DNA of 64,000 bases from positions 8,918,998-8,982,997 of the forward strand of contig NC_092374.1 in the NCBI RefSeq assembly GCF_030028105.1. Direction: 5' to 3'. The notes beneath the pieces were generated by a model. It did not search any database and was not told where the DNA came from. It worked only from the letters and a program-made list of their open reading frames with translations. Below, piece by piece: positions 1 to 12,369 of this stretch; the stretch's first letter is position 1, and every line of letters begins with the position of its first letter. The position numbers and the translations under genes were made by a program. This DNA is from Mobula birostris (lineage: Eukaryota).

Positions 1-119
1 TGAGATCCACTTTCTTCTGAATGCAATGTTTTTTCCCCTGAAGGTTTCTCCCCTCGTTCCTCGTGGCAGACAGAATGGCTTGAAATTAATGAGGTAATGT
101 TGCACACGTTACCTGACCT

Positions 120-608
120 GCTTCCTGTTTTAAACAGTTTAAGAAAAATTACCCTTGGAATTTCCGAAGAGGAAGACTGTATCGCACATTCTATCTTTGG
201 AGGAGTTAGATAAGGTTAGGTTACCCTTTGGTTTTGCACTTCAGAATTCCTGAACGCCCTGGAGACAGGAAAGTCTCCGGAGTTGCCGCGCGTTCAGCCG
301 GCCACAGTTGCTTTTTATTTTGAGGGAAGCGGGGAGAGTTGGAGAGGCCGGAAGAGTCTCGCTCTCGGGCAGTGCCGATATCAGCGACGGAGCCGGTCGG
401 ATCAGTCCCGCGTGGAGGTGGGGCACTTGACCAGTCTTTCACCCTTCACCGGGAGTTAAACGGGGGACTTCACACAAGACACAGGAAGCTGACAGCAGCT
501 TCACTTTCGGTTTTTGCGACATCAGAGAGGGGAAGAGAGCGACGCAGTTTGCCGCCCTGCATAGTCGCCGAGTCTCCGAGACAGCGCGCCCGAGTCCACG
601 GTGTGAGG
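120..608 (+). promoter_or_regulatory. Putative GC/CpG-rich promoter and 5' UTR of the Siglec-15-like gene, with ETS-type GGAA cores
   Basis: CpG-rich stretch directly upstream of the leader ATG at 609. GGAA/TTCC cores at 121-127 (cttcctg), 348-354 (ccggaag) and 481-488 (acaggaag). The TSS cannot be determined from sequence. Confidence 0.35.
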
Positions 609-666
609 ATGACCTTCCCTCCCCTCCTGCTCTTCCTAATACTCCTGACCGCGGTGGTCATCTCAG
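609..666 (+). CDS. SIGLEC15-like: Siglec-15-like gene exon 1: signal peptide MTFPPLLLFLILLTAVVIS(G)
   Basis: ATG plus a 19-codon hydrophobic leader ending in phase 1 at donor G|GTAGGT (667). The phase matches the V-set exon acceptor at 18707. Confidence 0.8.
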
Positions 667-742
667 GTAGGTTCCTTTCCCCGCTCTCTCTCTCTCAGGC
701 TCATGGTCGGTAACTAGATAAAACATGGATACCGGGAAGTAA

Positions 743-1118
743 NNNNNNNNNNNNNNNNNNNNNNNNNNNNNNNNNNNNNNNNNNNNNNNNNNNNNNNNNN
801 NNNNNNNNNNNNNNNNNNNNNNNNNNNNNNNNNNNNNNNNNNNNNNNNNNNNNNNNNNNNNNNNNNNNNNNNNNNNNNNNNNNNNNNNNNNNNNNNNNNN
901 NNNNNNNNNNNNNNNNNNNNNNNNNNNNNNNNNNNNNNNNNNNNNNNNNNNNNNNNNNNNNNNNNNNNNNNNNNNNNNNNNNNNNNNNNNNNNNNNNNNN
1001 NNNNNNNNNNNNNNNNNNNNNNNNNNNNNNNNNNNNNNNNNNNNNNNNNNNNNNNNNNNNNNNNNNNNNNNNNNNNNNNNNNNNNNNNNNNNNNNNNNNN
1101 NNNNNNNNNNNNNNNNNN
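743..1118. other. Assembly gap (N run)
   Basis: Run of N. Confidence 0.99.
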
Positions 1119-1959
1119 CCGTTTTAATTCCCGTCGTATCTTTCCACATAGAACTTAAAGGACCCGTGAAGGCCACACACCACACAGAACTGGCATAAAG
1201 GTTACCCTTTCATGCCCACGGTGTGTGTCATGTGGTGACCGTGATTTTCTTGCCTTTGAGGCGAGAGACTGTGATAAAATACATATCCTCGGGGCAACAG
1301 GGGTGGGATCAAAAATTGGTTCAAATTAGAACCGTGAGTTCAGAGTTGTAGAATTCTAAACCACTCTGTGTCTCTGCTAAAACTCAGGGCAGAAAGCAGC
1401 ACCACACTGACAGGCCATTCATCTCACTATGTTGTGCTGATCCCGCTGCCAATTTATATTAGGAGCCATGATGAAAGGTTTAGGTCCAAAAGTCAACTGA
1501 TTATTCTTCTCCATTGATACTGCCTGACCTGCTGAGTTCCTCCAGTGTTGTGTGTGTGTTGCTCAGGATTTCCAGCATCTGCAGAATCTCTGGTTATTTA
1601 CTAAATGGCCTCCCCATATCCCTCCATCCCCTTCTTATTCATTGGTCTGTCTAAAAACTTCTTAAAATCCACCAAGCAGCCTGTTTCCATTATTATCACA
1701 GCAACCAATCCAGGCTTGTAAAAGGGGATGTAATTTTAAGGTGATTGGAGGAAGGTATGGTGGGGGGTGGATGTCAGAGGTATTTTTTTTTACACAGAGT
1801 GTGGGTGCCATGGATCGAGGTAGAGGCAGATGAGTTAGGGACATTTAAGAGACTCTTAGATAGGCACATGGATGATAGAAAAAATGGAGGGCTATGTGGG
1901 AGGAAAGGTTTAGAACAATCTGGGAATGGGTTAAAAGGTGGACACAACACTGTTCCATG

Positions 1960-3660
1960 TTCAATCAAGGCACACAAAATGCTGGAGGAACTCAGCAGGC
2001 CAGGCAGCATCTCCGGAAAAAGGGTACAGTCAACGTTTCGGGCCAGGAAGAAAAGATGAGGGGTCAGATTAAGAAAGTGGGGGGAGGGGAGAAAGAACCA
2101 CAACGTGACGGGTGAAACCAGGAGGTGGGGGAGGGGTGAAGTAAAGAGCTGGGAAGTAAATTGGTGAAAGAGGTACAGGGCTGGAGAAGGTCGAGTGTGC
2201 TAGGATAGGACAGAAGGCCATGGAAGTAAAAAGGGGGAGGAGCACCAAAGGGAGGTGATAGGCAGGTAAGGAAATAGGTGAGAGAGGGAACTGGGAATGG
2301 TGTAGGGGGGAAGTTTGAGAAATTGATGTTTACTTATGCCATCAGGTTGGAGGCTACCCAGACAGAATATAAGATATTGCTCCTCTAACCTGGGTATGGC
2401 CTCATCACAACAGCTGACTGTCTATGTCGGAATGGGAATGGGAATTGGAATTAAAATGGGTAGCCACTAGGAGATCCACTTTTTCTGGCAGACGGAACAC
2501 AGGCTCTCGGCAAAGCAGTCTCCCAATCTGCGTCGGGTCTCCCGGGCCACACCAGCAGCACCGGATACAGTAGATGGTACCAACAGACTCACAGGTGAAA
2601 TGTTACCTCACCTGGAAGGACTGTTTGGGGCCCTGAATGGTGGTGAGGGAGGAGGTGTAAGGGCAGGTGTAGCACCTGTTCTGCTTGCAGGGAAAAGTGC
2701 CAGGAGGGAGATCAATGGGGAGGGAGTTGCACTGGAAGCAAATCCAGCAGAAAGTAGGGGGAGAGAAAGATGTGCTTGGTGGAGGGATCTTGCTGGAGAT
2801 GATGGACATTATAGAGAATTATGTGCTGGACACGGTGACAGATGGGGTGGTAGGTGAGGACAAGAGGAACCCTATCGCTTGTGGCATGGTGGGAGGATGG
2901 GATGAGGGCAGATGTGCACAAAATGGAAGAGATACAGTTGAGGGCAGCATTGATGGTGGAGAAAGAGAAGCTCCTTTCTTTGAAGAAGGTGGACATCCCC
3001 TTAGTTCTGGAATGAAAAGCCTCATCCTGAGAGCAGATATGGCAGATATGGAGGAATTAGAGACAGGGATGGCATTTTTACAAGTAACAGGTTGGGAAGA
3101 GGTATAGTCCAGGTAGCTGTGGGAGTCAGTGGATTTATAATAGACATCAGTAGATAAGCTGTCTCCAGAGATAGAGACAGAGAGATCAAGAAAGGGAAGG
3201 GAGGTGTCGGAAATGGACCGGGTAAATTTGAAGGCAGGGTGGAAGTTGGAGGCAAAGTTAATAAAGTTGACAAGCTTGGCATGGGTGCAGGCATAGCTGG
3301 GACCCATGCGAGTGCCCATGGTTACACTTCTTGTTCGAAGGAGGTGGGAGTAGCTGAAGGAGAAATTATTAAGAGTCAGGACAAGTTCCGACAAATGGAG
3401 GAGAGAGGTGAAGCAGAACTGGTTGGGTCTGGTGTCCAGAAAGAAATGGAGAAGCTTTGAGGCCTTCCTGGTGGGGAATGGGGATGTATGAGGACTGGAC
3501 ATCCATAGTAAAAATAAGATGATGGGGGCCAGGGAACTTGAAATCATTGAAAAGATCAAGAGCATGTGAAGTGCCATGGATGTAGGTAGGAGGGGACTGA
3601 GTTGGGGTATGCAGATATGAGCTCAGGGGGGAAGGAACAAGCAAAAACAATGGGTCTACC
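1960..3660 (-). mobile_element. Penelope-like element (degenerate RT plus GIY-YIG region and 3' terminus)
   Basis: Minus-strand ORF fragments carry PLE RT motifs: FTMDVQS, MGTRMGPSYA, FINFASNFHP, LPFLDLSV, TDVYYKSTDSHSYLDYTSS, RVPLVLTYHP. GIY-YIG-like region at about 2350-2620. Terminal tail at about 1968-2047. Confidence 0.85.
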
Positions 3661-4245
3661 TGGACAGTTGTGGTGTGTTGGGGCCATCTACTGTATATGC
3701 TGCTCCTGGCGTGGTCTCCTGTATTTCAGTGCGACCTGATACAGAGTGGGAGACCGCTTCACCGGGCACCTATGCTCCACCCGCCAGAAAAAGCAGGATT
3801 TCCAAGTGGCCAGTCATTTTAATTCCATTTCCCATTCCCATTCTGACACGTCAGTCCATGGTCCCCTTTATGGTCGTGATGAGGCCACACACGTTAGAGA
3901 AACAACACATTATAGTCTGTCTGGGTGGCCGCCAATCTGATGGCCCAAACATCGATTTCTTGAACTTTCTGTAAAGCCTTCCCCACCCCCCACCATCACC
4001 ATTCTGCATTCCCATTTCCCTCTCTCACCTTATCTCATTACCTGCCCATCACCTCCCTCTGGTGCTCCTCCCCCCTTTTCTTTCTTCCATGGCCTTCTGT
4101 CCTCTCCTATCAGATTCCCCCTTTTCCAGCCCCATATCTCTTTCACCAATTTACTTCCCAGCTCTTGACTTCACCTGTTTCACCTATCACCCTATGTCTT
4201 TCTCTCTTCCCACCCCCACCCCCCCCTTACTCTGACTGCTCATCT
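3661..4245 (+). mobile_element. Penelope-like 3' fragment (GIY-YIG endonuclease region), inverted relative to the adjacent copy
   Basis: Translates GAIYCICCS..LLY...GDRFTGHLCSTRQKKQDFQVASHFNSISHSHSD, homologous to the 2350-2620 minus-strand segment. Followed by the pyrimidine-rich PLE 3' region. Confidence 0.75.
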
Positions 4246-4250
4246 TTTAG

Positions 4251-7097
4251 ACCATAAGACATAGGAGCCAAATCAGGCCATTCAGCCCATCTAGTCTGCT
4301 CCGTCATTCCATCATGGCTGATCCCTTACATATGACTTCTTGCCATAACCCTTGATTCCCCGACAAATCAGGAGACTATCAATTTTTGCCTTGAATGTAC
4401 CTACAGTCTTCGCCTCTACAGCAGTCGTGACAGAGCATTCCCCAGATTCACTGCTCTCTGGCTAGAAAATTCCTCCTTACCTCGGTTCTAAAGGATTGCC
4501 CAACAATTTCGAGCCTGTACCCTCTAGTTCTAATTAAGAATGTATCAACACCTGCCTTAAATATACCCAATGACTTGGCCTCCACAGCGCATGTGGCAAC
4601 AAATTCCACAGTTTCACCACTCCCTATCTAAAGAACTTACTCCTCATCACCATTCTAAATGTACATCCCTGTATTCTGAGGTTGTCTGCTCTAATCTTAG
4701 ACTCCCCCACCAGAGGAGATGTCCTCTCCATATCAACCTTATCTAGCACTTCCAACATTCATTAGGTTTCAATGAGATCCTTCCGCATTCTTCTAAGTTC
4801 CAGTGAGAACAGGCCCAAAGCTGTCAAACGCTCCACATATGTTAGCCCCTTCATTCCCAGGATCATTTTCGTGAGCCTCCTCTGGACTCTCTCCAATGAC
4901 AGCACATCCTTTTTGAGATATGGGCCCCAAATCTGTTGACAAAGTGTGGCCTGACCGGTGTCATATAAAGCCTCAGCAATATCTCCTTGCTTTTATATTC
5001 TGTTACCCCTGAAATAAATGCCACATTGCATTTGCCTTCTTTACCACAGGCTCAACCTGCTGGGAGTCTTGCATGAGGACTCCTAAGTCCTTTTGCACCT
5101 CTGAATTTTCTCCCCATTTAGATAATAGTCTACACATTTGTTCCCAATACTGTACTCCATCTACCACTTTTTTGCCCATTCTTCCAATTTGTCCAGGTCC
5201 TTCTGCAAATGCATGATTTCCTCAGCACTTCCTACCCCCTCCGCCTACTTCTGTATCATCTGCAAACTTTGCAACAAAGCCATCAATTTCGTCATCTAAA
5301 TCACTGACAAACAATGTGGCAAGTAGCAGTCCCAAAACTGTCCCCTGAGCAACATCACTAGTCACTGGCAGCCAAGCAGAAAAGGCCCTTTTTATTCCCA
5401 CTGGCTGTTTCTGCCTGTCAGCCATTCCTCTGTCCATGTCAGTATCTTTCCCGTAATGCCATGGGATTTCATCTCGTTAAGTAGTCTCATGTGTGGCACC
5501 TTATCAAATGCCTTCTGAAAGTCCAAGTAAATGACATCTACTGCCTCTCCTTTGTCCACCCTGCTTGTTACTTCCTCAAAGAACTCTAAAAGATTTGTCA
5601 GGCAAGATTTCCCTTTACAGGAACCTTGCTGACTTTGACTTATTTTATTATTAGTCTCGAAGTACCTTGAAACCTCATCCTTAATAATGGACTCTAACAC
5701 GTTCCCAACCACTGAGGTTAGGCTAACTGGCCTATAATTTCCTTTCTTTTGCCTTCCTCCCTTCTTAAAGAGCGGAGAGAGATTTGCAATTTTCCAGTCC
5801 TCTGGAACCATGCCAGAATCAAGTGATTGTCGAAAGATCATGACCAACGCATCTGTTATCTCTTCAGCAACCTCTCTGTGGATTCTGGGATGTAGTCCAT
5901 CTGGTCCAGGTGACTTATCCACCTTAAGACCTTTCAGTTTGCCTGGCACTTTCTCCTTTGTAATAGCAATGGCACTCACTCCTGCTCCCTGACACTCACA
6001 GACCTCTGGTACACTGCTAGTGTCTTCCACAGTGAAGACTGATGCAAAGTACAATTTAAGTTCATCTGCCATTTCTTTATCCCCATTACTACCTCAGCAG
6101 CATCATTTTCCAGTCCAATATCACCTCTCACCTCCCTTTTACTCTCTATATAACTGAAAAAGCTTTTGGTATCCTGCCTTATATTATTGGCTAGTTTCCC
6201 CTCATATTTCATCTTTTCCCTTACGGCATTTTTTAGTTGCCTTTTGTTGAATTTTAAAAACTTTCCAATCATCCATCTTCCCACTCACTTTTGCTAGATT
6301 ATATGCCCTATCCTTGGCTTTTATGCAGTCCTTAACTTCCCTTGTCAGCCACTGTTGCCTAGCCCTGCCATTTGAGAACTTCTTCCTCTGTGGGACATAC
6401 CTATCCTGCATTTTGCGAACTATTACCAGAAAACTTCTTATCCCTGCTGTCATCCCTGCCAGTATTCCCCTCCATTCCACCTGGGCAAGCTCCTCTCCGT
6501 GCCTCTGTCATTCCCTTTACTCCGTCTGCCTTACCTTTCCCCTCTCAAACTGCAGTATGAATTCAATCATATTATGATCATTGCCTCCCAAGTATTTCTT
6601 TACCTTAAACTCCCTAGTAAAATCCGGATTATCACACAACACCCAGTCTCAGATAGCCTTCCCTGAGTAGGCTCAAGCACAAACTGAAGTAAAAAAGCCA
6701 TTTCGTAGACAGATTTCCCCTCTCGCGGTCTGACACCAACCTGATTTTCCCAATCCCCTTGCATATTGAAGTCCCCCATTATAATTGTCACATTACCCTT
6801 ATTACCCTTTCCAGCTCCGTTTGCAATCTCAACCCCACATTTTGGCTACTATTTGGAGGCCTATATATGATTCCCATAATCTTTTTTCACCCTTGCACCA
6901 ACAAGATTCGACATTCTCTGACCCTATGTAACCTCTTTCTAAAGATGTAATTCCATCTCTTACCAACAGAGCCTATGCCCTCCTGCCTGTCCTTCTTTCA
7001 GCCATGACTCAGTGATGCCCATAATGTCATACTGACCAATCTGTAATTGCACCACGAGTTCGTCCACTTTATTCCGAATACTGCCTACATTTAAATA
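4251..7097 (-). mobile_element. CR1 LINE, degenerate ORF2 (host element; resumes at about 10733)
   Basis: ORF fragments with CR1 motifs (KSPGPDG, NYRPVSLTS, YLDFQKAFDKVPH, KFADDT). 3' UTR and tail-type sequence at the left end. Confidence 0.85.
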
Positions 7098-10000
7098 ACC
7101 ATATATAACCATATAACAATTACAGCACGGAAACAGGCCATCTCAGCCCTTCTAGTCCGTGCTGAACTCTTACTCTCACCTAGTCCCACCGACCTGCACT
7201 CAGCCCATAACCCTTCATTCCTATCCTGTCCATATAGCTATCCAATTTAACTTTAAATGACAACATCAAACCTGCCTCCTCATCTTACCCCTAAACTTTT
7301 GCCCTTTAACTCTCAACTCATGTCCTCTTGTTTGAATCTCCCCCACTCTCAATGGAAAAAGCCTATCCACGTCAACTTTATCTATCCCCCTCATAATTTT
7401 AAATACCTCTATCAGGTCCCCACTCAACATTCTACTTTCCAAAGAATAGAGACCCAACTTGTTTTTTCTCTGTAACTTAGGTGATGAAACCCAGGTAGCA
7501 TTCTAGTAAATCTTCTCTGTACTCTCTTGATTTGGTTGACATCTTTCCTATAATTTGCTGACCAAAACTGTACACAATACTCCAAGTTTGGCCTTACCAA
7601 TGCCTTGTACAATTTCAACATTAAATCCCAACTCCTATACTCAATGCTCTGATTTATAAAGGCCAGCATACCAAAAACTTTCTTCACCACCCTATCCGTA
7701 TGAGATTCCACCTTCAGGGAACTATGCACCATTATTCCTAGATCCCGCTGTTCTACTGCATTCTTCAATGCCCTACCATTTACTATGTATGTCCTATTTT
7801 GATTAGTCCTACTAAAATGTAGCACCTCACATTTATCAGCATTAAACTCCATCTGCCATCTTTCAGCCCACTCTTCTAACTGGCCTAAATCTCTCTGCAA
7901 GCTTTGAAAACCTACTTCATTATCCACAACTCCACCTATCTTAGTATCATCTGCATACTTACTACTCCAATTTACCACCCCATCATCCAGATCATTAATG
8001 TATATGACAAACAACATTGGACCCAGTACAGATCCCTGAGGCACACCACTAGTCACCGGCCTCCAATCTGACAAACAGTTTCCACCACTACTCTCTGGCG
8101 TCTCCCATCCAGCCACTGCTGAATCCATTTTACTACTTCAATATTAATACCTAACGATTGAACCTTCCTAACTAACCTTCCGTGTGGAACCTTGTCAAAG
8201 GCCTTACTGAAGTCCATATAGACAACATCCACCGCTTTACCCTCATCAACTTTCCTAGTAACCTCTTCAAAAAATTCAATAAGATTTGTCAAACATGACC
8301 TTCCATGCACAAATCCATGTTGACTGTTCCCAATCAGACCCTGTCTATCCAGATAATGATATATACCATCTCTAAGAATACCTTCCATCAATTTACCCAC
8401 CACTGACATCAAACTCACAGGCCGATAATTGCTCGGTTTACTCTTAGAACCCTTTTAAAACAATGGAACAACACGAGCAATATGCCAATCCTCCGGCACC
8501 ATCCCCGTTTCTAATGACATTCGAAATATTTCTGTCAGAGCCCCTGCTATTTCCACACTAACTTCCCTCAAGGTCCTAGGGAATATCCTGTCAGGACCCA
8601 GAGACTTATCCACTTTTATATTCCTTAAAAGCTCCAGTACTTCCTGTTCTTTAATCATCATAGTTTCCATAACTTCTCTACCTGTTTCCTTTATCTTACA
8701 CAATTCAATATCCTTCTCCTTAGTGAATACCGAAGAAAAGAAATTGTTCAGAATCTTCCCTTTCTCTTTTGACTTCACACATAGCCATCCACTCTGATTC
8801 TCTACGGGACCAATTTTATCCCTCGCTGTCCCTTTGCTATTAATATAACTGTAGAAACCCTTGGGATTTATTTTCACCTTACTTGCCAAAGCAACCTCAT
8901 ATCTTCTTTTAGCTTTTCTGATTCCTTTCTTAAGATTCATTTTACATTCTTTATATTCCTCGAGCACCTCATTTACTCCATGCTGCCTGTATTTATTGTA
9001 GATATCTCTCTTTTTCCGAACGAAGTTTCCAATATCCCTTGAAAATCATGGCTCTCTCAAACTTTTAATCTTTCCTTTCAACCGAACAGGAACATAATGA
9101 TTCTGTACCCTCAAAATTTCACCTTTAAATGACCTCCATTTCTCTGTTACATTCTTCCCATAAAACAAATTGTCCCAATCCACTCCTTCTGAATCCTTTT
9201 GTATCTCAAAGTTAGCCTTTCTCCAATCAAAAATCTCAACCCTGGGTCCAGATCTATCCTTCTCCATAATTATACTGAAACTGATAGCATTGTGATCACT
9301 GGACCCGAAGTGCTCCCCAACACATACCTCCGTGACCTGACCTATCTCATTCCCTAACAGGAAAACCAACACTTCCCCTTCTCTATTTGGTACCTCAATG
9401 TATTGCAGCAAAAAACTATCCTGCACACATTTTACAAACTCCAAACCATCCAGCCCTTTTACAGTATGGGCTTCCCTGTCTATGTGTGAAAAATTAACAT
9501 CTCCCACAATCACGACCTTATGCTTACTACAGATATCTGCTATCTCCTTACAAATTTCCTCCTTCAATTCTCGGTCCCCATTTGGGGTCTATAATATACC
9601 CCTATAAGTGTTACTGCACCTTTCTCATTCCTCAGTTCCACCCAAGTAGCCTCTCTAGATGAGCCCTCTAATGTATCCTGCCAGAGCACCGCCGTAATAT
9701 TTTCTCTGACAAGCAATGCAACACCTCCTCCTCTTGTCCCTCCGATTCTATCACACCTGAAGCACTTAAATCCAGGAATATTTAGTTGCCAATCACACCC
9801 CTCCTGTAACCATGTTTCACTAATTGCTACCACATCATACTTCCAGGTATCAATCCATGCATTAAGCTCTCCATCTTTCTTATAATGCTCCTGGCATTAA
9901 AATAAATGCATTTAAGAAATTTTCCACCTCTTACTCTCTGTTTAACACTGACAGTGCAAACAACTTTACTATTTTCTTTTTCTTCCTTCTCCCCTACACC

Positions 10001-10732
10001 TGTTCCAACACTATGGTTCCCCTCCCCCCTTGTATCTAGTTTAAATCCACCGGAGACTCTCTAGCAAACCTACCTGCAAGAATATTTGTCCCCCTCCAGT
10101 TCAGATGTAAACCGTCCTGCTGGAACAGGTCCCACCTTCCCTGGAAAACTGCCCAATTATCGATAAATCTGAAGCCCTCCCTCCTGCACCATGTCTTCAG
10201 CCACGTGTTGATCTGCGCTATCTTACTATTTCTAAACCCGCCTACACGTGGCACTGGTAGCAATCCTGACATTGCTATCCTGGAGGTCCTGTCCTTTAAC
10301 TTGGTGCCTAACTCCCTAAACTCACCTTTCAGGACTTCCTCACTCTTCCTACCCACGTCATTGGTCCCTACATGGACCACGACATCTGGCTGCTCACCCT
10401 CCCTCTTGAGAATACCTAGAACTCGATCCAAGATATCGCGGACCAGCACCAGGGAGGCAACCGACCATCTCCAGGATTCTCGATCTCTTTCACTGAACCT
10501 CTTATCTGTCCCCCTAACTATCAAATCCCCTATCACTACTGCTCTCCTCTTTTCCCTCCTTCCCTTCTGAGCTGAGGGTCCAGTCTCGGTGCCAGAGACG
10601 CAACCACTGCAACTTGTCCCTGGTAGATCATCCCCATCAACAGTATCCAAAACGATGTACTTATTATTGATGGGATCGGCCACAGGGGTGCTCTGCTCAT
10701 TCTGTCTATTCCCCTTCCCTCTCCTGACAGTC
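7098..10732 (-). mobile_element. CR1 LINE, long copy (ORF1 SGNH region plus ORF2 APE-RT, frameshifted), nested in an older CR1
   Basis: ORF2 pieces 7424-9833 (SQHGF, DFSKAFDKVPH, GVPQGSVLGP, YADD; APE motifs ETW, GVYYRP, GD(V)NF, SDH). ORF1 10036-10734 (GD..VRG, HVGTND, DGLHLN). Short-repeat 3' tail (aaccatat) at about 7096-7115. Confidence 0.9.
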
Positions 10733-12020
10733 ACCTTCAGTCCTGCATTCTTCGCCCTTTTGAATTTTTAACTGTGGTACAACTTAACTCTTTGCACTAT
10801 CTGCATTTGTACCCCATCAATGGCTTGTCCCCTACATTCATATTACAGATGACATCATCTACTTGTAAACCTGCTGGCTCATCCTCAGCTCAATCATACT
10901 GGTTCCCACCCTTCTGCCAAATTAGTTTAAACCACTCTCAATATTGGACCCCTCAGATTCAAATGCTATCCATCCCGTTTGAAAAAGTCACACCTACCCC
11001 AGAAGAGGTTCCAGTGATCCAGAAATCTGAATCCCTGCCCCCTGCTCCAATTCTTCAGCCTCGCATTTATCTGCCACCTCATTCTATTCCAATCCGCACT
11101 GTGGCGTGCCACAGGAAATAATCCTGAGGTTACCACCCTCGAGGTCCTGCTTCTCAGCTTCCTTCCTAACTCCCTGTAGTCTGTTTTCAGGACCTCCTCC
11201 CTCTTCCTACCTATATTGTTGGTTCCAATATGTACCATGGCCTCTGGCTGTTCACCTTCCCTTTTCAGGATATTGTGGACATGTTCAGAAACATCCCAGA
11301 CCCTGGCACCTGGGAGGCAAACTACCATTCGTGTTTCTTTTTTGCGTCCACAGAATCGCCTATTTGTCCCCTAACTATAGAGCCCCCTATTACTGCTGCT
11401 ATCCTCTTCCATTCCCTACCCATCTGAGCCACAGGGCCAATCTCAGTCCCAGAGGCACAGCCACTGTTGCTTCCCTCAGGTACACAGTACTCAAAATGGA
11501 GTACTTATTGTTGAGGGGGCGGCCACAGGGGTGCTGTCCACTATCTGACGTTTTCCTTTCCTTCTCTTCACAGTCACCCATGTATCTATCTCCTGTAGTC
11601 TTCAGGTGGCTATCTCCCTGTAACTCCTGTCTATCATCCCCTTATTTTCCCTAACAAGCCAAAGGTTAGCGAATTGCAGCTCTGATTCCTTAACATTGTC
11701 CCTAAGGAGCTGCTCCTCCATGCACCTGGCGCAGATGTGGCCATCAGGGAGGCGGAAAGTCTCCTGGAAATCCCACATCTGACACCCAGAACAAAACACT
11801 GACCCTGCAGACATACCCCCTATACTTTCAAGAGTTAAATAAGAAAAGGAAATAAACTTACCTCGCCTTCGCCTGTTCTTGCCAAAGCCTGTTGAGCCAA
11901 AGCCTAACCATTCTGACTCAGAACACTTCCATGATGGGCACTCCACTAGGCGGTATCTCTCTTTTATGGGGACTGGGTTTTTCAAGTTCTGCTCCAGACC
12001 CGCGCAGGAATGCTTCAACT
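10733..12020 (-). mobile_element. CR1 LINE 5' portion (ORF1 esterase, zinc finger and 5' UTR) of the host element
   Basis: ORF 10966-11328 (VHIGTNNIG, FLDHW). The CSGC...CARC zinc-finger/coiled-coil segment lies in ORF 11602-12111. Confidence 0.75.
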
Positions 12021-12024
12021 GTGT

Positions 12025-12160
12025 TCCAGTCCTGATGAAGGGTCTCGGCCTGAGACATCGGCTATACTCTTTCCCATAGATGCTGCCTGGCCTGCTGAGT
12101 TCCTCCGGCATTTTGTGTGTGTTGCTCAGATTTTCAGCATCTGCAGATTTTCTCTTGTTT
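12025..12160 (+). mobile_element. Short Penelope-terminus element with a mutated hammerhead motif
   Basis: CAGTC-CTGATGA-A-GGGTCTCGGCCT-GAGACATC followed by the shared tail gatgctgcctggcctgctgagttcctcc...gcatctgcaga. Confidence 0.7.
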
Positions 12161-12369
12161 GTGACTGTTCTATGTTCAGTGAGTGAGGGGCATTGGTACG
12201 ACGGATTTGAAGGGGTGCATCACTCCACGGGCAGCCTCGGTCTGCGTGTAGAACTGCAAAAGACTCCTCTCAAGCACGTGCTTGGAGTATGAGGGAAAGC
12301 TTGGGGAAAGTCTCCAAGTTCCCAGCAACCTCTTATTTTATTCCACTGTTAAAATTCACCATGACCTAC

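Noticed and set aside
339-713. 124-aa ORF as a standalone gene
   Set aside because: Only 609-666 behaves as a coding leader exon. The rest is 5' UTR/promoter and intron read-through.
1152-1200. Possible small exon after the first gap (acceptor tctttccacatag|)
   Set aside because: In the required phase it hits TAA at 1196-1198 and has no good donor. It could only be a poison exon, and there is no support.
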